A stretch of 61,153 nucleotides of DNA from a virus. Its lineage: Duplodnaviria > Caudoviricetes. Positions 8,459 to 18,754 of this stretch are shown piece by piece; the first letter of the stretch is position 1; each line of letters opens with the position of its first letter. The stretch covers positions 1 to 61,153 of the IMG/VR virus record IMGVR_UViG_3300009788_000013, one strand, 5' to 3'. The translations under genes were made by a program, and so were the position numbers. Below the pieces are notes generated by a model. That model worked only from the letters and a program-made list of their open reading frames with translations. It did no database searches and was not told the origin of the DNA.

Positions 8459-9475
8459 CTACGTGCTCACCGTGTGAATAAAGTAGCCTAGATCGGCTCC
8501 CGTCACCACGAACGTATAGGCTAATTCGATCTCCTGAATATCGGCCTTACGTGAGGGCTCAAACCATGACGTAATCCGCCCGCCAAGAGCATTCGCCCCC
8601 AGCAGCCCGGACCATGAGTAAGTGTACCCCGCACTCGGAGTCCTCCTTCCTGGACGCGCTGGTCGATGGAGCAACAGCACAGCATCAGTATCACCGATGA
8701 AGGCATAAGTTCCTGACTGGCCTACATCGTCTGTGTTCTGCACCGAGCCCATCACCAGGACTTCATCCAGTTCCAGTAGCGCTGCAACCGTTTGGCGGGT
8801 AACAAGCGCCGTCCCGGTTGTCTGGCCACGATCAGTCCGGCCAACTAGATCAGCATGATCAACGATGATGTCCCATGCCTGCTGACCGAAGATGGCGATG
8901 TTCGGACGGATGCCGGTATTCTGCTGAACAGTACGAAGCCCTGTCCTCATCTCGGAAATCGGACTTGAGCTTGACTGATCCCACTTCGTACCTGGGGTAG
9001 CATCTGTACCCCAAATACTCTGAGCGAAGTAAGCCGCTGCCCATTCGATCTCTTTGAAAAGCAGCGCTTGTTGTGTCATGAATTCCTGATTGTCCCGCGC
9101 TGGTTCGTATGGAGCCTGAGCATTCGCTGCTGTCTGCTCATCGAGCGGCATGTGGCCAGCCATTACATTGCAGGTATAGCTGTTGGTGTTATCCACGCCG
9201 TAATGCAGTTCAGCACTTCCAGCACCAGGAGCACGTCGGAGCATTTGTGATTTGAGCCAGAACGATTTCGTATAGAGAGCATACAGGTTACTTCTGTCCT
9301 GACTTGGAATGTTTGGAAACGCACGGCCCGCAACAAAGTTCTCAGCGAGTTGCATGTAGGCCATACTTTGGGTCGTTTCGAGGCGATCAACGTGTACATC
9401 GGCAGCAGTCAAACGCTTGCCGATCTTCACTCGTGGGTTGGGAGCGTTGACTCTGTGAATACCTGAGAATTCCAT
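8459..9475 (-). CDS. Major capsid protein
   Basis: ~338 aa after scaffold and decoration genes; VHVD-L, TGIRPN, RTPSAGYT; SD AAGGAG 7 nt before ATG 9475. Confidence 0.85.
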   Translation of the reverse strand: MEFSGIHRVNAPNPRVKIGKRLTAADVHVDRLETTQSMAYMQLAENFVAGRAFPNIPSQDRSNLYALYTKSFWLKSQMLRRAPGAGSAELHYGVDNTNSYTCNVMAGHMPLDEQTAANAQAPYEPARDNQEFMTQQALLFKEIEWAAAYFAQSIWGTDATPGTKWDQSSSSPISEMRTGLRTVQQNTGIRPNIAIFGQQAWDIIVDHADLVGRTDRGQTTGTALVTRQTVAALLELDEVLVMGSVQNTDDVGQSGTYAFIGDTDAVLLLHRPARPGRRTPSAGYTYSWSGLLGANALGGRITSWFEPSRKADIQEIELAYTFVVTGADLGYFIHTVST

Positions 9476-9491
9476 TTCATGTCTCCTTTCC

Positions 9492-9857
9492 CTAGCTCGC
9501 CTGTCCACCGCGCAGCTTGACGTAGCAGCGAACGATAGAACCGGCGCCACTCGCGTCAGCTAGTGCCACAGCAAACACCTCATCACCAGAGGTTGCTAAG
9601 TGCGCTCTGCTGACGGAGTTCGGTGCTAGTTCATCGCCTGCGGTAAATGCGGCGCCGGCCACTACTAGCGACTCGCCAGCGATCCGCAATGATCCAGATC
9701 TCGCGGCTGCGGCTGGTTTGTTCTGTAGGATTCCGCCTGCTGACTCGCCGTCGATGCAGGGCTCCAGTCGTCCAAGGGCGTTAATTCGTACCGGGTGAAA
9801 TTGGTGGGAGCTGAGATCCTCCCCAGCATCCACACTAATGTCGATGACTTGAGACAT
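9492..9857 (-). CDS. Capsid cement / decoration protein (DUF2190-like)
   Basis: AGEDLS, GILQNKP, AGAAFTAGD, VALADASGAG. Confidence 0.75.
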   Translation of the reverse strand: MSQVIDISVDAGEDLSSHQFHPVRINALGRLEPCIDGESAGGILQNKPAAAARSGSLRIAGESLVVAGAAFTAGDELAPNSVSRAHLATSGDEVFAVALADASGAGSIVRCYVKLRGGQAS

Positions 9858-9859
9858 AT

Positions 9860-10933
9860 CTATGACTCCTCTTCCTGGTAGATCTTGTACAGCCCCGGAT
9901 TCTGTTCGCAAGCTAGATTCAGCGCTTCAGCTTCGGAGAGTTTGGCATTGTTCTTCCTGATCTCAACAGCCTTCGCCACGAGCTGAGGATAAGCCTCATC
10001 CGCATCCTGGTTACCCCCGGCATCGCTGCCGAGAGGAGTAGTCAGGCCGCTGATCTTGAGGTTATTGATTTCGAGCATCTTCTCAAGTCGCTTGCGCTCG
10101 TCGGAGTCAGCATCGAATTTCAGGATCAGCTTTGCCCACTCGCGCGGTTCGTCGCTGATGTTCGGCCATTTCTTCTCAATCCGGGATTCCTCCCGATCAA
10201 GGGCTCGCTCACTGTTGATCTTTGTGATCTGCTCACGAGCATCCTTCAATTCCGTCGCCTGTTTCACAACAGCCTCGCGGCTAGTCGCGGACAGCGCTTC
10301 CAGATCCGCCTTTGTCAGCGGTGTCCTGTCCGGTTCTGGCGGAGTACCGGCAAGCCGCTTGCGCAGCTCGTCATTCTCCGTCGTTAGGGTATCGAGCTTT
10401 TTCTGAAACTCGGTGCCTTGCTTATCGAGCTTTTCCATCAATGAAGTCAATTGATCCTCAATGGTTTGCTTGGGCATAGGCTTACCCTCCTTTCTGTTCT
10501 TTAGCGTTGCCTGACATTTCGCAATGTCGCTGGCTGTGATACTTGATTTGCCGATCGTTGATAGTCGTGTCTTAATCTCTTTGACAAACTGGGTGACGCT
10601 GGCTTTGAGCTTAGCTTTCAATGGCTGGCCAGCTTCATTCTCGTAGATTGAGCGAAGACTGGAATGAAGCGCATCAACTAGCGGATGAACCTCGTCCATG
10701 ATCTCCCAGACTTTCATCCGAGCTTCTGTCTCAGCTAGAGCCTCATCAAAACTACGGGCCTCCTCGTGCTCGTCTTTGAGTAGCGGCTCACAAAGGAATT
10801 CAGCTGCATCCTGATCGCCGCTGTTAGAGTCCCGCTTGAACAGCACGACACGAGCGCCGCTATTGGCGGGCACATCAACGAGATCGATCTTGTCAATCTG
10901 TAAATCTGTGATGACGTACTGTTTCTCAGCCAT
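9860..10933 (-). CDS. Capsid scaffold protein (protease-like N-terminus plus coiled coil)
   Basis: IDLVDVPANSGARVVLFKR; coiled-coil C-half ending A-EQNPGLY. Confidence 0.65.
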   Translation of the reverse strand: MAEKQYVITDLQIDKIDLVDVPANSGARVVLFKRDSNSGDQDAAEFLCEPLLKDEHEEARSFDEALAETEARMKVWEIMDEVHPLVDALHSSLRSIYENEAGQPLKAKLKASVTQFVKEIKTRLSTIGKSSITASDIAKCQATLKNRKEGKPMPKQTIEDQLTSLMEKLDKQGTEFQKKLDTLTTENDELRKRLAGTPPEPDRTPLTKADLEALSATSREAVVKQATELKDAREQITKINSERALDREESRIEKKWPNISDEPREWAKLILKFDADSDERKRLEKMLEINNLKISGLTTPLGSDAGGNQDADEAYPQLVAKAVEIRKNNAKLSEAEALNLACEQNPGLYKIYQEEES

Positions 10934-11090
10934 GATCTTGCTCCACTACGAATATTGCTGATCTGAAGATCTCCTCAGCCAGTAACGTAGCTGCTTCATC
11001 CTCCGTTAAGAGTTGATCGAATATTGCTAGGGCTAGATGCGGTAAATAGTCTCTAGCCTTCTTCCCATCTACTATGACTGTCGCCTTCAT
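10926..11090 (-). CDS. Hypothetical protein (54 aa)
   Basis: MKATVIVDGKKARDYLPH...; fills the gap with overlaps on both sides. Confidence 0.5.
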   Translation of the reverse strand: MKATVIVDGKKARDYLPHLALAIFDQLLTEDEAATLLAEEIFRSAIFVVEQDHG

Positions 11091-11743
11091 TCGACTTCGG
11101 TTCGAGCCGCTGAGCCCTCTATTGAGAATGCGGGCCGCTCACCTGATTTCACCAGCGCCCACAGCTCCGGATCGTCTACGCGAAAACCAGCCCAATGTCC
11201 TTCCATTCCGAGATCGATTCCTAGTGCTTCCTGTTTGGCCTTCGTGAACACAATCGATTCGACTAATCTAGAGGTACCGCCGCGCTCGTGCATATCTCCC
11301 CCTTCACGAGAATCAAGGACGAACTGATAGGCAGCTTTCTCATAGATTACGACTGGGATAATATCCCCCTGGGTATCCACGATCGGTTTACCGTCCTTGG
11401 TTAGCTCACTCATCCATCCAAAGACGAGCTGCTGTTCTGCATCGAACTTGACGATACGATATTTTGCCGTGAATCGGCGATCCCCCGCTTGGCTGGTCAC
11501 TACACCGCCTGGAGGGTTTGGGTGGGACTTGGGGGGATCGCCGAACTTGCGGATGACCTTCTCTGACCAAAGCCGTGTGGAATCAGAGATCTCTGATATC
11601 CTCTTAACCTCTGGTATTGTCAGTCTAGATCCATCAGCAGCTTTCCTGACTGCTTCAGGGAGAGTATCTTCGACCTCTAACCAAACCTCAGAGAAGCTCT
11701 GGCAATCCTTCGCCACGGCCATCGGAACCTGGAAATCTTCCAT
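11087..11743 (-). CDS. XkdF-like prohead serine protease
   Basis: KFDAEQQLVFGW, VDTQGD, MHE, LVES, FSIEG. Confidence 0.8.
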   Translation of the reverse strand: MEDFQVPMAVAKDCQSFSEVWLEVEDTLPEAVRKAADGSRLTIPEVKRISEISDSTRLWSEKVIRKFGDPPKSHPNPPGGVVTSQAGDRRFTAKYRIVKFDAEQQLVFGWMSELTKDGKPIVDTQGDIIPVVIYEKAAYQFVLDSREGGDMHERGGTSRLVESIVFTKAKQEALGIDLGMEGHWAGFRVDDPELWALVKSGERPAFSIEGSAARTEVE

Positions 11744-11801
11744 CTCGATTGCAGTTTACGGCCATGGTCGTCAAATCTCCAAACGGGTACCTGGCAAGTA
11801 T

Positions 11802-12170
11802 CTAGTTTTCTGTGTTGTTAATCTTCCGCTCAAGGCGACGGATCGAATCACTCTGTCTCTGTATACGATCCCGAAAATCATCTAGCCGCCCTGTCGTTGC
11901 ATGAGCTGTTATCTCACATGTCGCCTTTCGGACAAAGCCCCCATCTCCATTCATTGTCTCCAGCAACTTCAGCATGAAACTATCAGCGAATGCAGTCAAT
12001 GCTGCATCTAGTTCCTTGCTAGTAACGAATCCCTGTTCCTCATGCCATTCCCTAATCTCTAGGCGAAAGTGAGCTTGAGAACTCCTGATCCACAGTCCGA
12101 TTCCGGTTGTGATCGAAGCCGATAATCCAGCTACACCAAAGAGCGCAATTTGAACGATAGTGGCATCCAC
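11802..12170 (-). CDS. N-terminal TM protein with coiled coil (holin-like candidate)
   Basis: One N-terminal TM and a C-terminal heptad region. Confidence 0.4.
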   Translation of the reverse strand: MDATIVQIALFGVAGLSASITTGIGLWIRSSQAHFRLEIREWHEEQGFVTSKELDAALTAFADSFMLKLLETMNGDGGFVRKATCEITAHATTGRLDDFRDRIQRQSDSIRRLERKINNTEN

Positions 12171-12183
12171 GGTTTTGCTCCTC

Positions 12184-13239
12184 TCAGAAGTTTCTCCCGA
12201 CCGGTCTTGGTGCTGCTCTCGATCTCGGGAAATGCAATACTAGCCCACAACGGCACATGACATGAATCGGTGGATGTTCAGCTACTGATTGCAGGCTAGT
12301 GAACTCCTCACCGAAAGCAACGATTGTGCCATGCAGCGGCCCACAGATTGGGCATACGCGCTCATCTCTAGCCGTTATCCAGCGGCGCTGCACTATCCGA
12401 GGATCGATCAATCCATCATCTATCGACTGCTGCCAAAGCTCATGCTGGCCGGCGTTGCTGGCGCGGATCGTTTCGGTTCTAGCAATCGCCTCAGATCGAT
12501 GCTTCAAGAAGCGCTCAAAATAGCGATCAGTCATCCTCTGGATCTGCTCTGGGGTAAAAGGTGTTCGATCAGCAATCAATCCGCCCTCCGAGATGTGCGC
12601 TCTCAATGTTGCGTCGAATCTCCGATCGCGGAGCTTGAACCTCATCGCTGTAGCAGCATCCCCATCAATTAGCGCCTGCTGGAATCTCCGAACTGCGGCT
12701 GTCTGGTGTTCCGTCAATCCGATGTGCTGCCTGATCTCGCGTGCAGCTACTCGCGGGTGCATCCCCTCCTCGAAAGCCCGGATCATCACATCACGGATAG
12801 ACTCCCGCGTACCGACGCTAATATCCCGGATCAGATCGAATTCATAATCTCGGAGAAACTGAACTGCCCGAGGATTTACCAAATCGAAGGTGATGTCTGC
12901 CTGAAGCCCTTTCGGCAGCTTCGACATCGCGGCTTTTGCGCCTGCCGCAAAAGTAGCCGTGACAGCCTCTCTAAGTGATTCCACCTCCGCAGGTAGTCCT
13001 ACCCCTTTGAACGCCTCGGCAAACGCCTCTGACAGCCGTAGGATGCGCTCAACGGCCATTGTGTCGCCAGTAAGGATCGCCTCCGATAGCTCTCTCATAC
13101 TGATGTTGCTTTTGATTGAAGCTATGGCTGCCTCAAACGCTGCGATGAATCTCGACTCCATCTTCCCAGCAGCAATCGAAACCGGATCTAGATCTGAATC
13201 CGTAATCCGAACTTTGAGGATGGGCGGATACCCCGGCAT
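12184..13239 (-). CDS. MuF / SPP1 gp7-like head morphogenesis protein
   Basis: IARTET, WITARDERVCPIC, PPIHVMCRC. Confidence 0.88.
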   Translation of the reverse strand: MPGYPPILKVRITDSDLDPVSIAAGKMESRFIAAFEAAIASIKSNISMRELSEAILTGDTMAVERILRLSEAFAEAFKGVGLPAEVESLREAVTATFAAGAKAAMSKLPKGLQADITFDLVNPRAVQFLRDYEFDLIRDISVGTRESIRDVMIRAFEEGMHPRVAAREIRQHIGLTEHQTAAVRRFQQALIDGDAATAMRFKLRDRRFDATLRAHISEGGLIADRTPFTPEQIQRMTDRYFERFLKHRSEAIARTETIRASNAGQHELWQQSIDDGLIDPRIVQRRWITARDERVCPICGPLHGTIVAFGEEFTSLQSVAEHPPIHVMCRCGLVLHFPRSRAAPRPVGRNF

Positions 13240-13310
13240 TGGTCGCCGCCTGATACGGCAAACCATCCGAGCCGCTCCGCCCCTGCGGGTTGAATTGATC
13301 AGCGGCAAAC

Positions 13311-13769
13311 CTACTCCGCTGCTGGCGGTGTCTCCTCGCCGGGGCCTGGCACCCATTCGGAATCGATTGCGATATCCCGATGGGCGGCAGATTGGAGATT
13401 GAGCAGATTGTCATAGCCTGCCGCGTTGTTCGAGATTCTCGACAACACCTTTTGTTGTTCGGACAACGTCGTCACCACCAGGTTGTTCAGTGCTGACAGA
13501 TGATTGTTTGCCTGATCGCGCTGCCGGGCGAGGGCTTCCGAGTGATCATCGAATCCTCGCTTCGTATTGAGGAACAAGACGCCTGATCGATCAGTCGTCT
13601 CTACCTGCATCCGCTCTCCGGTGAATGTTTCCTCTACCCGAGACTCGGTGCTTGAGACACCTGTTTGCTGACCCTGAGTCTGCAAGATTTTCTGAACTGC
13701 GCTAGTCGCAGCTTGAGTTGCGATCTGCTCAATTTCTTGAGCTGTTAATTTTCCTTCGACTGCTGCCAT
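13311..13769 (-). CDS. Hypothetical (virion-associated?) protein
   Basis: 152 aa, SD AAGGAG. Confidence 0.55.
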   Translation of the reverse strand: MAAVEGKLTAQEIEQIATQAATSAVQKILQTQGQQTGVSSTESRVEETFTGERMQVETTDRSGVLFLNTKRGFDDHSEALARQRDQANNHLSALNNLVVTTLSEQQKVLSRISNNAAGYDNLLNLQSAAHRDIAIDSEWVPGPGEETPPAAE

Positions 13770-13793
13770 TAGTTTAGTACTCCTTTTCCTTGT

Positions 13794-14087
13794 TTAGTTT
13801 ACTTGCCGCGTCCGAACCGTCACACTATCTTCCTGTGCTGCTATCAGTGCACCAACACCATCCCAACGATGCCGCCATAGTCCTGACTCGTCCATCGTGC
13901 GATCAACGTAAAAGATCCCGGTGGAGGCTTTGATCACATCCCCATCGACACCGAACTCCAGTGCTTCCTGATTTCCGCTAGGATCTTCGATCACGACCGT
14001 TATCGTAGTCGGATCAGCCAATGCCAAGTCAAGATCCCGGAATGTCACTTTGAATCTAACTCCATCGCCGATGTCGAATGTGGGCAT
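13794..14087 (-). CDS. Small Ig-like virion protein
   Basis: FDIGDGVRFKVTF...DPTT...DPSG...TGIFY...SGLWR-RW. Confidence 0.6.
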   Translation of the reverse strand: MPTFDIGDGVRFKVTFRDLDLALADPTTITVVIEDPSGNQEALEFGVDGDVIKASTGIFYVDRTMDESGLWRHRWDGVGALIAAQEDSVTVRTRQVN

Positions 14088-14311
14088 TACGGTTGCTCCT
14101 CTAATGTCGCTGTTGCCGATTCCGTCATGAGCGTTGCGGTTCCTGTCTCTGCCACTAGCGTAGCTGATCCTGTTTCTGTTAGCAAAACGGCAGTTGCTAT
14201 TGAGGTGCTAAGGATTAGCAGCGGTGCCAGTTCCTCCAGGGTCGCCGTCCCCGGTACAGCACTCCCCCAATCAATCGCATGGCTAAACCACTTGGCGGAT
14301 GCTCCTGGCAT
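14087..14311 (-). CDS. Small structural protein with ETG-ATL repeats
   Basis: Repeated (E)TG(S/T)ATL units. Confidence 0.5.
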   Translation of the reverse strand: MPGASAKWFSHAIDWGSAVPGTATLEELAPLLILSTSIATAVLLTETGSATLVAETGTATLMTESATATLEEQP

Positions 14312-14314
14312 TGA

Positions 14315-15412
14315 TCATCTCGCAAACGGGATTACACCGACTCCGATAATATCTTTCACGACCGCTCCACCTACTGCCGGTACATGATCAACCATCACCC
14401 AATGCTCATAGCAAAAAAATTCCCGCCCTCCAGCATTCCTCCATGCACCAGCCTGAAAGTTATCTATCTCACTCTGATTCGTTGGTACGGTGCTAGGATT
14501 AAATGTTTTGTACCGAGAAGTTCCGTCTAGCGCCAGATCGGCGCTATTCTCTGAGGTCGAAACTTTCGCACGTAGCCGATGCTCTGTCCCGCTTCCATTC
14601 CCTCTAGCAGCTTGGCAAGATACCGTGACAAGGTTAATAGTGCCAACGTTCGGAATTGAAGTAAGCCCCCACAGCTGCTGATGGTTGGCATCTACCTGGG
14701 AACTCTCTATCGCATATTCTGTTTCGTCAATCGGATCTTGGTTGACTGCACTGAATGTCTCCGCATTCGCCGCCTCATCTTCGAATTCATCTTCTCCGCT
14801 ATCACCAGAGTCCTCATCAGCTCGCTGAGCATCAATCTGTCCAGCTCCTAAAAATGTGAATACATCCTTTGCAAATATGTCATCAAACCAAATGTTTTCT
14901 GCTCCGTTGGCGTTGTCCATTTTGAGTTCATCAGGTTGTTGACCAGCACCCCCATTCGTTACATCAGCAGTAGTTCCTCCGTCTACTCTACAGTGGATTT
15001 CACCATTGCTTCCTCCTCCTGAAGGATCTTTTTTGACTGTTACTTCTATGAGGTGCCATTCATCTTTTGATACTGATGATTCAACTTGTGTCCAATCCGT
15101 TCCATCATTATTTGTAATTAGGATTTCAAAATTATTAGTATCTACATGTTTAATTCCGACAGCTCCAGTAGATTGACCAGTATCAGATCTGACATCAGAA
15201 ATCTTTTCCTCTGTTGATCCAACTGTTCCGTTAACTCGTACATAATAACGGACTGATACTTCATCTGCTGCAAAGATTGCGAGAGGAGAGAAACAGTTGC
15301 CTGTGCACTTTAAAGCATAATTCCCTGTCCGCTTTGTAGTGCTGTCAACTGATCCTGTAGCAGTGATAAACTCACCGAGGTTCCCAGATTCAATTCCAGC
15401 TAGCCAGGCCAT
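14315..15412 (-). CDS. Lectin / LamG-like beta-sandwich virion protein
   Basis: WHLIEVTV...VDG...IWFDDI pattern; acidic and beta-rich. Confidence 0.55.
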   Translation of the reverse strand: MAWLAGIESGNLGEFITATGSVDSTTKRTGNYALKCTGNCFSPLAIFAADEVSVRYYVRVNGTVGSTEEKISDVRSDTGQSTGAVGIKHVDTNNFEILITNNDGTDWTQVESSVSKDEWHLIEVTVKKDPSGGGSNGEIHCRVDGGTTADVTNGGAGQQPDELKMDNANGAENIWFDDIFAKDVFTFLGAGQIDAQRADEDSGDSGEDEFEDEAANAETFSAVNQDPIDETEYAIESSQVDANHQQLWGLTSIPNVGTINLVTVSCQAARGNGSGTEHRLRAKVSTSENSADLALDGTSRYKTFNPSTVPTNQSEIDNFQAGAWRNAGGREFFCYEHWVMVDHVPAVGGAVVKDIIGVGVIPFAR

Positions 15413-15413
15413 G

Positions 15414-15938
15414 CTAATCTAGCCACCACTGCGCCCCAGGCGAGACATCGCTCAAACGCATCAGGTAATCCTGTACTGCCGGGCTGGGATCGTAAAGTCC
15501 ATCATTCCGATAGCGGAAGATCTTAGCGTTAACGAAAAAATTCCGTAGAGTGATTGTCTGGCCGAAATCCGGATCAGTAGGATCAGTAATAGATTGCTCG
15601 TTCTTATAGATGTTCTCCAGTGCAGCGTCGAGAGCATCCTGGAGCTTCTCAGCGCGAGCCTCTGGATTCCCTGTCTGTGTTGGGAATGCACTCCTATGGA
15701 TTGCTAGATGAGGAGTGCTCTGGCCACTGCCGCTAACAAAGATCCCAATCAATGGCCAACCGTGGATGGCAACCAGATCAGTAATTAGCTCTCTAGCCGT
15801 TTTACCAGTATCAACATCAGTGAACGGATCAATCTCAGTTACACCGCGAAGGCGAAAATGAAGCGGGTTTCCATCTGGCGCAAGAGCATCGAACTCTGAC
15901 TGTTTCAGTGTCAAAAATATCCCTGTTGTTGATGGCAT
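15414..15938 (-). CDS. Hypothetical protein
   Basis: Long ORF within the structural block. Confidence 0.55.
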   Translation of the reverse strand: MPSTTGIFLTLKQSEFDALAPDGNPLHFRLRGVTEIDPFTDVDTGKTARELITDLVAIHGWPLIGIFVSGSGQSTPHLAIHRSAFPTQTGNPEARAEKLQDALDAALENIYKNEQSITDPTDPDFGQTITLRNFFVNAKIFRYRNDGLYDPSPAVQDYLMRLSDVSPGAQWWLD

Positions 15939-15942
15939 GTTT

Positions 15943-16488
15943 TTAGCTCTCAATTGTAAAGTAGGATACTACTACGTCAATTGATCCAGTGGTAGGCACT
16001 TCGCTCGTTATTCGGAGATCCTCATCGTCAGCGCCTACGCCGAGCATACCGCTGCCGTCCCCCTCTACCACGCCAGAGCCCGGCGCTATCCCAGGATGTG
16101 AGAGCACAACTCCAGTAGTAGTCGGCGTCGTCGCGGTAGCGAATCCTATCCGTACCTGCACATCTACCGTATTCGCATTATCGGCCATCACCGAGCAGCG
16201 AGTAACCACAATCTTCAGGCCAGCGGCAACAGTTACAACAGCGGCATTCGTTTGGGCACCGGTGTAATTAGCCCGCACGGTTACAATGTTGGGGTGCCCC
16301 CCGATGACAAAAGGCACCCCTGCTCGATTAGTATATAAATCAGTAACGTCTGCTGCGGCTACAGCAGTCGGATTCGTGCCATGAGCAATCGCCTTTCCAC
16401 CGATCTTTACCGGAAAGTTAGCATCAGGCCCATCATGGGCCACGCTGCCTTCGACATTGGGGGCCGGATCTTGTGATTGATCAGCCAT
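15943..16488 (-). CDS. Decoration / fibre-like structural protein
   Basis: A/G/V/T-rich with a jelly-roll-like C-terminus. Confidence 0.55.
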   Translation of the reverse strand: MADQSQDPAPNVEGSVAHDGPDANFPVKIGGKAIAHGTNPTAVAAADVTDLYTNRAGVPFVIGGHPNIVTVRANYTGAQTNAAVVTVAAGLKIVVTRCSVMADNANTVDVQVRIGFATATTPTTTGVVLSHPGIAPGSGVVEGDGSGMLGVGADDEDLRITSEVPTTGSIDVVVSYFTIES

Positions 16489-16489
16489 C

Positions 16490-17641
16490 CTAGTCCTCGG
16501 CGTAGATCACAGCATGGACATCAGCAGCCAGTACTCCGAGATTCTTGAACTTTACGCGAAAGGCATCCAAGCCCGCTGCCGCCCCTAGCGTGATGAAGTT
16601 ACGATGAGGTGCCTTGAAGAAGAAACCCTGTCCTGCCTGCCCGCCGAAGATGCCTTTAATACCAGACTCGACGGCATCGTCTACGGTATAGATTGCGGCC
16701 TTCCACCGCTGTGAGCACCAGCACCATATACCGCTAAGTTTCTTGTTTGCGGCTTCTGAGCCGGTCAGATCAACCTCAGCGTCTACCGCCAACGCGGCGG
16801 AGGTTAACGCCTCTGTCGTTGGGCTCGTTGGAGTGTCAACACCACCACCAGTAAGAACATCGATCTGCAAGTGACCGGCGTCATCGACCTCGGCCCGATT
16901 CCAGTTTGTGTTACCACTATCCCAACCCATCAAAAATGCGCCGACCGCTGGAACAGTTGGATTAGCCACGTCATCAGCAAGAGCCGCAGCTGCCGGTAGT
17001 TCTGTGTCCACAGAGCCGGTAATACTGACATCATTATTAGTGCCGAGGTTAACGAGTAGGCCATCTGTGGCATCCCCTAGAGCCCTATCCCAAGTCGCTC
17101 CATCCCAGGCCATCATGAACGCTCCGACACCGGGGGCCGTGGGGTTGGCGAAATTGTCTGCCAGTGCTGCCGCCAATGGGAAATTGTTGTCGTGAGTCCA
17201 TAGAGCACCGTTGGCATCAACGAACATATTCACGACATCAGCCGCAGCAGGAGTCAAGGCGCTCAACACATCGTCGCGGACTGCCAGAGACAGCACGCCT
17301 GTATCGGTTCCCCCGATCGGCGTATCGATTGCCTTGCCTAAGTTCGTAGCACCAACACCAGGGATCACCGATGTCACATCGACATCCCCGATATCAATCC
17401 CCGAATTCGCCGCCAGCGTGAATGAGCCATCATCGGTGACTGTCACCGTCGAGGCGGAAACGTCTAGTGCGCTCTGATCCGAAGCGATCACCACTGGTAT
17501 TGATAGAGCCATCGTTGTCTGGGCCTTCGCTTCCGCCGAAGTTCCGGCGGCGCTGATCCTCAGACTAACTCCGAGAACGTACTCCGTTCCGCCACCTGTG
17601 TCTAGATCAAATGGTAGTAGTTGACTTGGTACATCAGCCAT
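16490..17641 (-). CDS. Fibre / spike-like structural protein with internal repeat
   Basis: Repeat PLAAALADNFANPTAPGVGAFMMAWD / PAAAALADDVANPTVPAVGAFLMGWD. Confidence 0.6.
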   Translation of the reverse strand: MADVPSQLLPFDLDTGGGTEYVLGVSLRISAAGTSAEAKAQTTMALSIPVVIASDQSALDVSASTVTVTDDGSFTLAANSGIDIGDVDVTSVIPGVGATNLGKAIDTPIGGTDTGVLSLAVRDDVLSALTPAAADVVNMFVDANGALWTHDNNFPLAAALADNFANPTAPGVGAFMMAWDGATWDRALGDATDGLLVNLGTNNDVSITGSVDTELPAAAALADDVANPTVPAVGAFLMGWDSGNTNWNRAEVDDAGHLQIDVLTGGGVDTPTSPTTEALTSAALAVDAEVDLTGSEAANKKLSGIWCWCSQRWKAAIYTVDDAVESGIKGIFGGQAGQGFFFKAPHRNFITLGAAAGLDAFRVKFKNLGVLAADVHAVIYAED

Positions 17642-17873
17642 CGCTAGATCCTCCCTTCATTGTTGCAATCTCTTTGCCTATCAGCGCGATCCTCTCTGCG
17701 TTCACAGCCACCTGTTCTCGCTGTCGTAAGATCTCGACTTCCATCTCATCTGCTCGTAGTAAGGCGATCGCGCTCTGATACTCCAGGTTCTTGATCTCTA
17801 GCTCCTTGCGCCTGATATGCAGTGCCTTCGTTCGATGATCGGAAACCTTTCCGCCTTCTGACGCATCACCCAT
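17634..17873 (-). CDS. Small coiled-coil protein
   Basis: TAATG-coupled; heptad pattern. Confidence 0.5.
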   Translation of the reverse strand: MGDASEGGKVSDHRTKALHIRRKELEIKNLEYQSAIALLRADEMEVEILRQREQVAVNAERIALIGKEIATMKGGSSDG

Positions 17874-18193
17874 TAATTCACCTGCTTTACGGCCTGCCGT
17901 TGCTGTTGGCGCGTATAGAGCGTCCCCGTCTTCGGATCGATGTCCAGTACAGAGTCCTGATCGATCTTGTATTTCAACTTGATGCCTCGTGTCCACAATA
18001 CCAGTGCATCCCGAGCAGTCGCATGTTGGATCATCCGAACCTTATAATCCAGCAGCTCATCCGCTGTCAGCGTTGCTCCCACGGGTGGAGGCATCTCTGC
18101 AACTTCCTTATTCGAAGCAAAGATGAACTGAGTGCTGGGCTTCTTTCGAGTTCCAGTGGCTTTTTTCGCCGGTACCTTTTTCACTGTTGCCAC
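17873..18193 (-). CDS. Hypothetical protein
   Basis: 106 aa, Lys-rich N-terminus. Confidence 0.5.
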   Translation of the reverse strand: MATVKKVPAKKATGTRKKPSTQFIFASNKEVAEMPPPVGATLTADELLDYKVRMIQHATARDALVLWTRGIKLKYKIDQDSVLDIDPKTGTLYTRQQQRQAVKQVN

Positions 18194-18754
18194 TTATGTC
18201 ACCTCATCCCAGAATATCGTTGCATTCACATCCGCCGCTACGATCCACTGATTTGTCACTTTTACGCGGAAGTTCTCATCACCGCCAACATAGGCCAGTG
18301 TATCGTAGTATTTATCTGGTGGCACGTACTCGCCATCCGACCCTCCCGCATATCCACCTGTTCGAATCACACCGATAATAGTCTCTACTGCCCCATCGCG
18401 TTTGATGATTGACCAGCTACATGGGACTGAACTGGACACTTGTACCCGTTTCAGTTTCCCTGTCGCTCCCACTGCAATCGTAGCAGCATCTAGATCAACG
18501 CTCGCATCCGCCGCCAAACTAGCTGATACCCTGTAATTGGAAACCGGATTAACCGGCCCCAAGATTTTCACCACCAGCCCGTGATCAGTACCAGGCGTCG
18601 GATCAGTATCGGTGACTACCGCAATGTCATCAGCACCTACACCGGCAATCTGATCCCGTTCTCGTTGGACAGTATTAGCGCCTACCGTGAGCTGCTCTGT
18701 GTCGAGCTTCTTACCGACGCCATCAGTCGGCAGCTGGATAATTGAATTAGACAC
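18194..18754 (-). CDS. Structural protein; C-terminal domain paralogous to 16490-17641
   Basis: FRVKVTN..AADVNATI vs FRVKFKN..AADVHAVI. Confidence 0.6.
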   Translation of the reverse strand: MSNSIIQLPTDGVGKKLDTEQLTVGANTVQRERDQIAGVGADDIAVVTDTDPTPGTDHGLVVKILGPVNPVSNYRVSASLAADASVDLDAATIAVGATGKLKRVQVSSSVPCSWSIIKRDGAVETIIGVIRTGGYAGGSDGEYVPPDKYYDTLAYVGGDENFRVKVTNQWIVAADVNATIFWDEVT

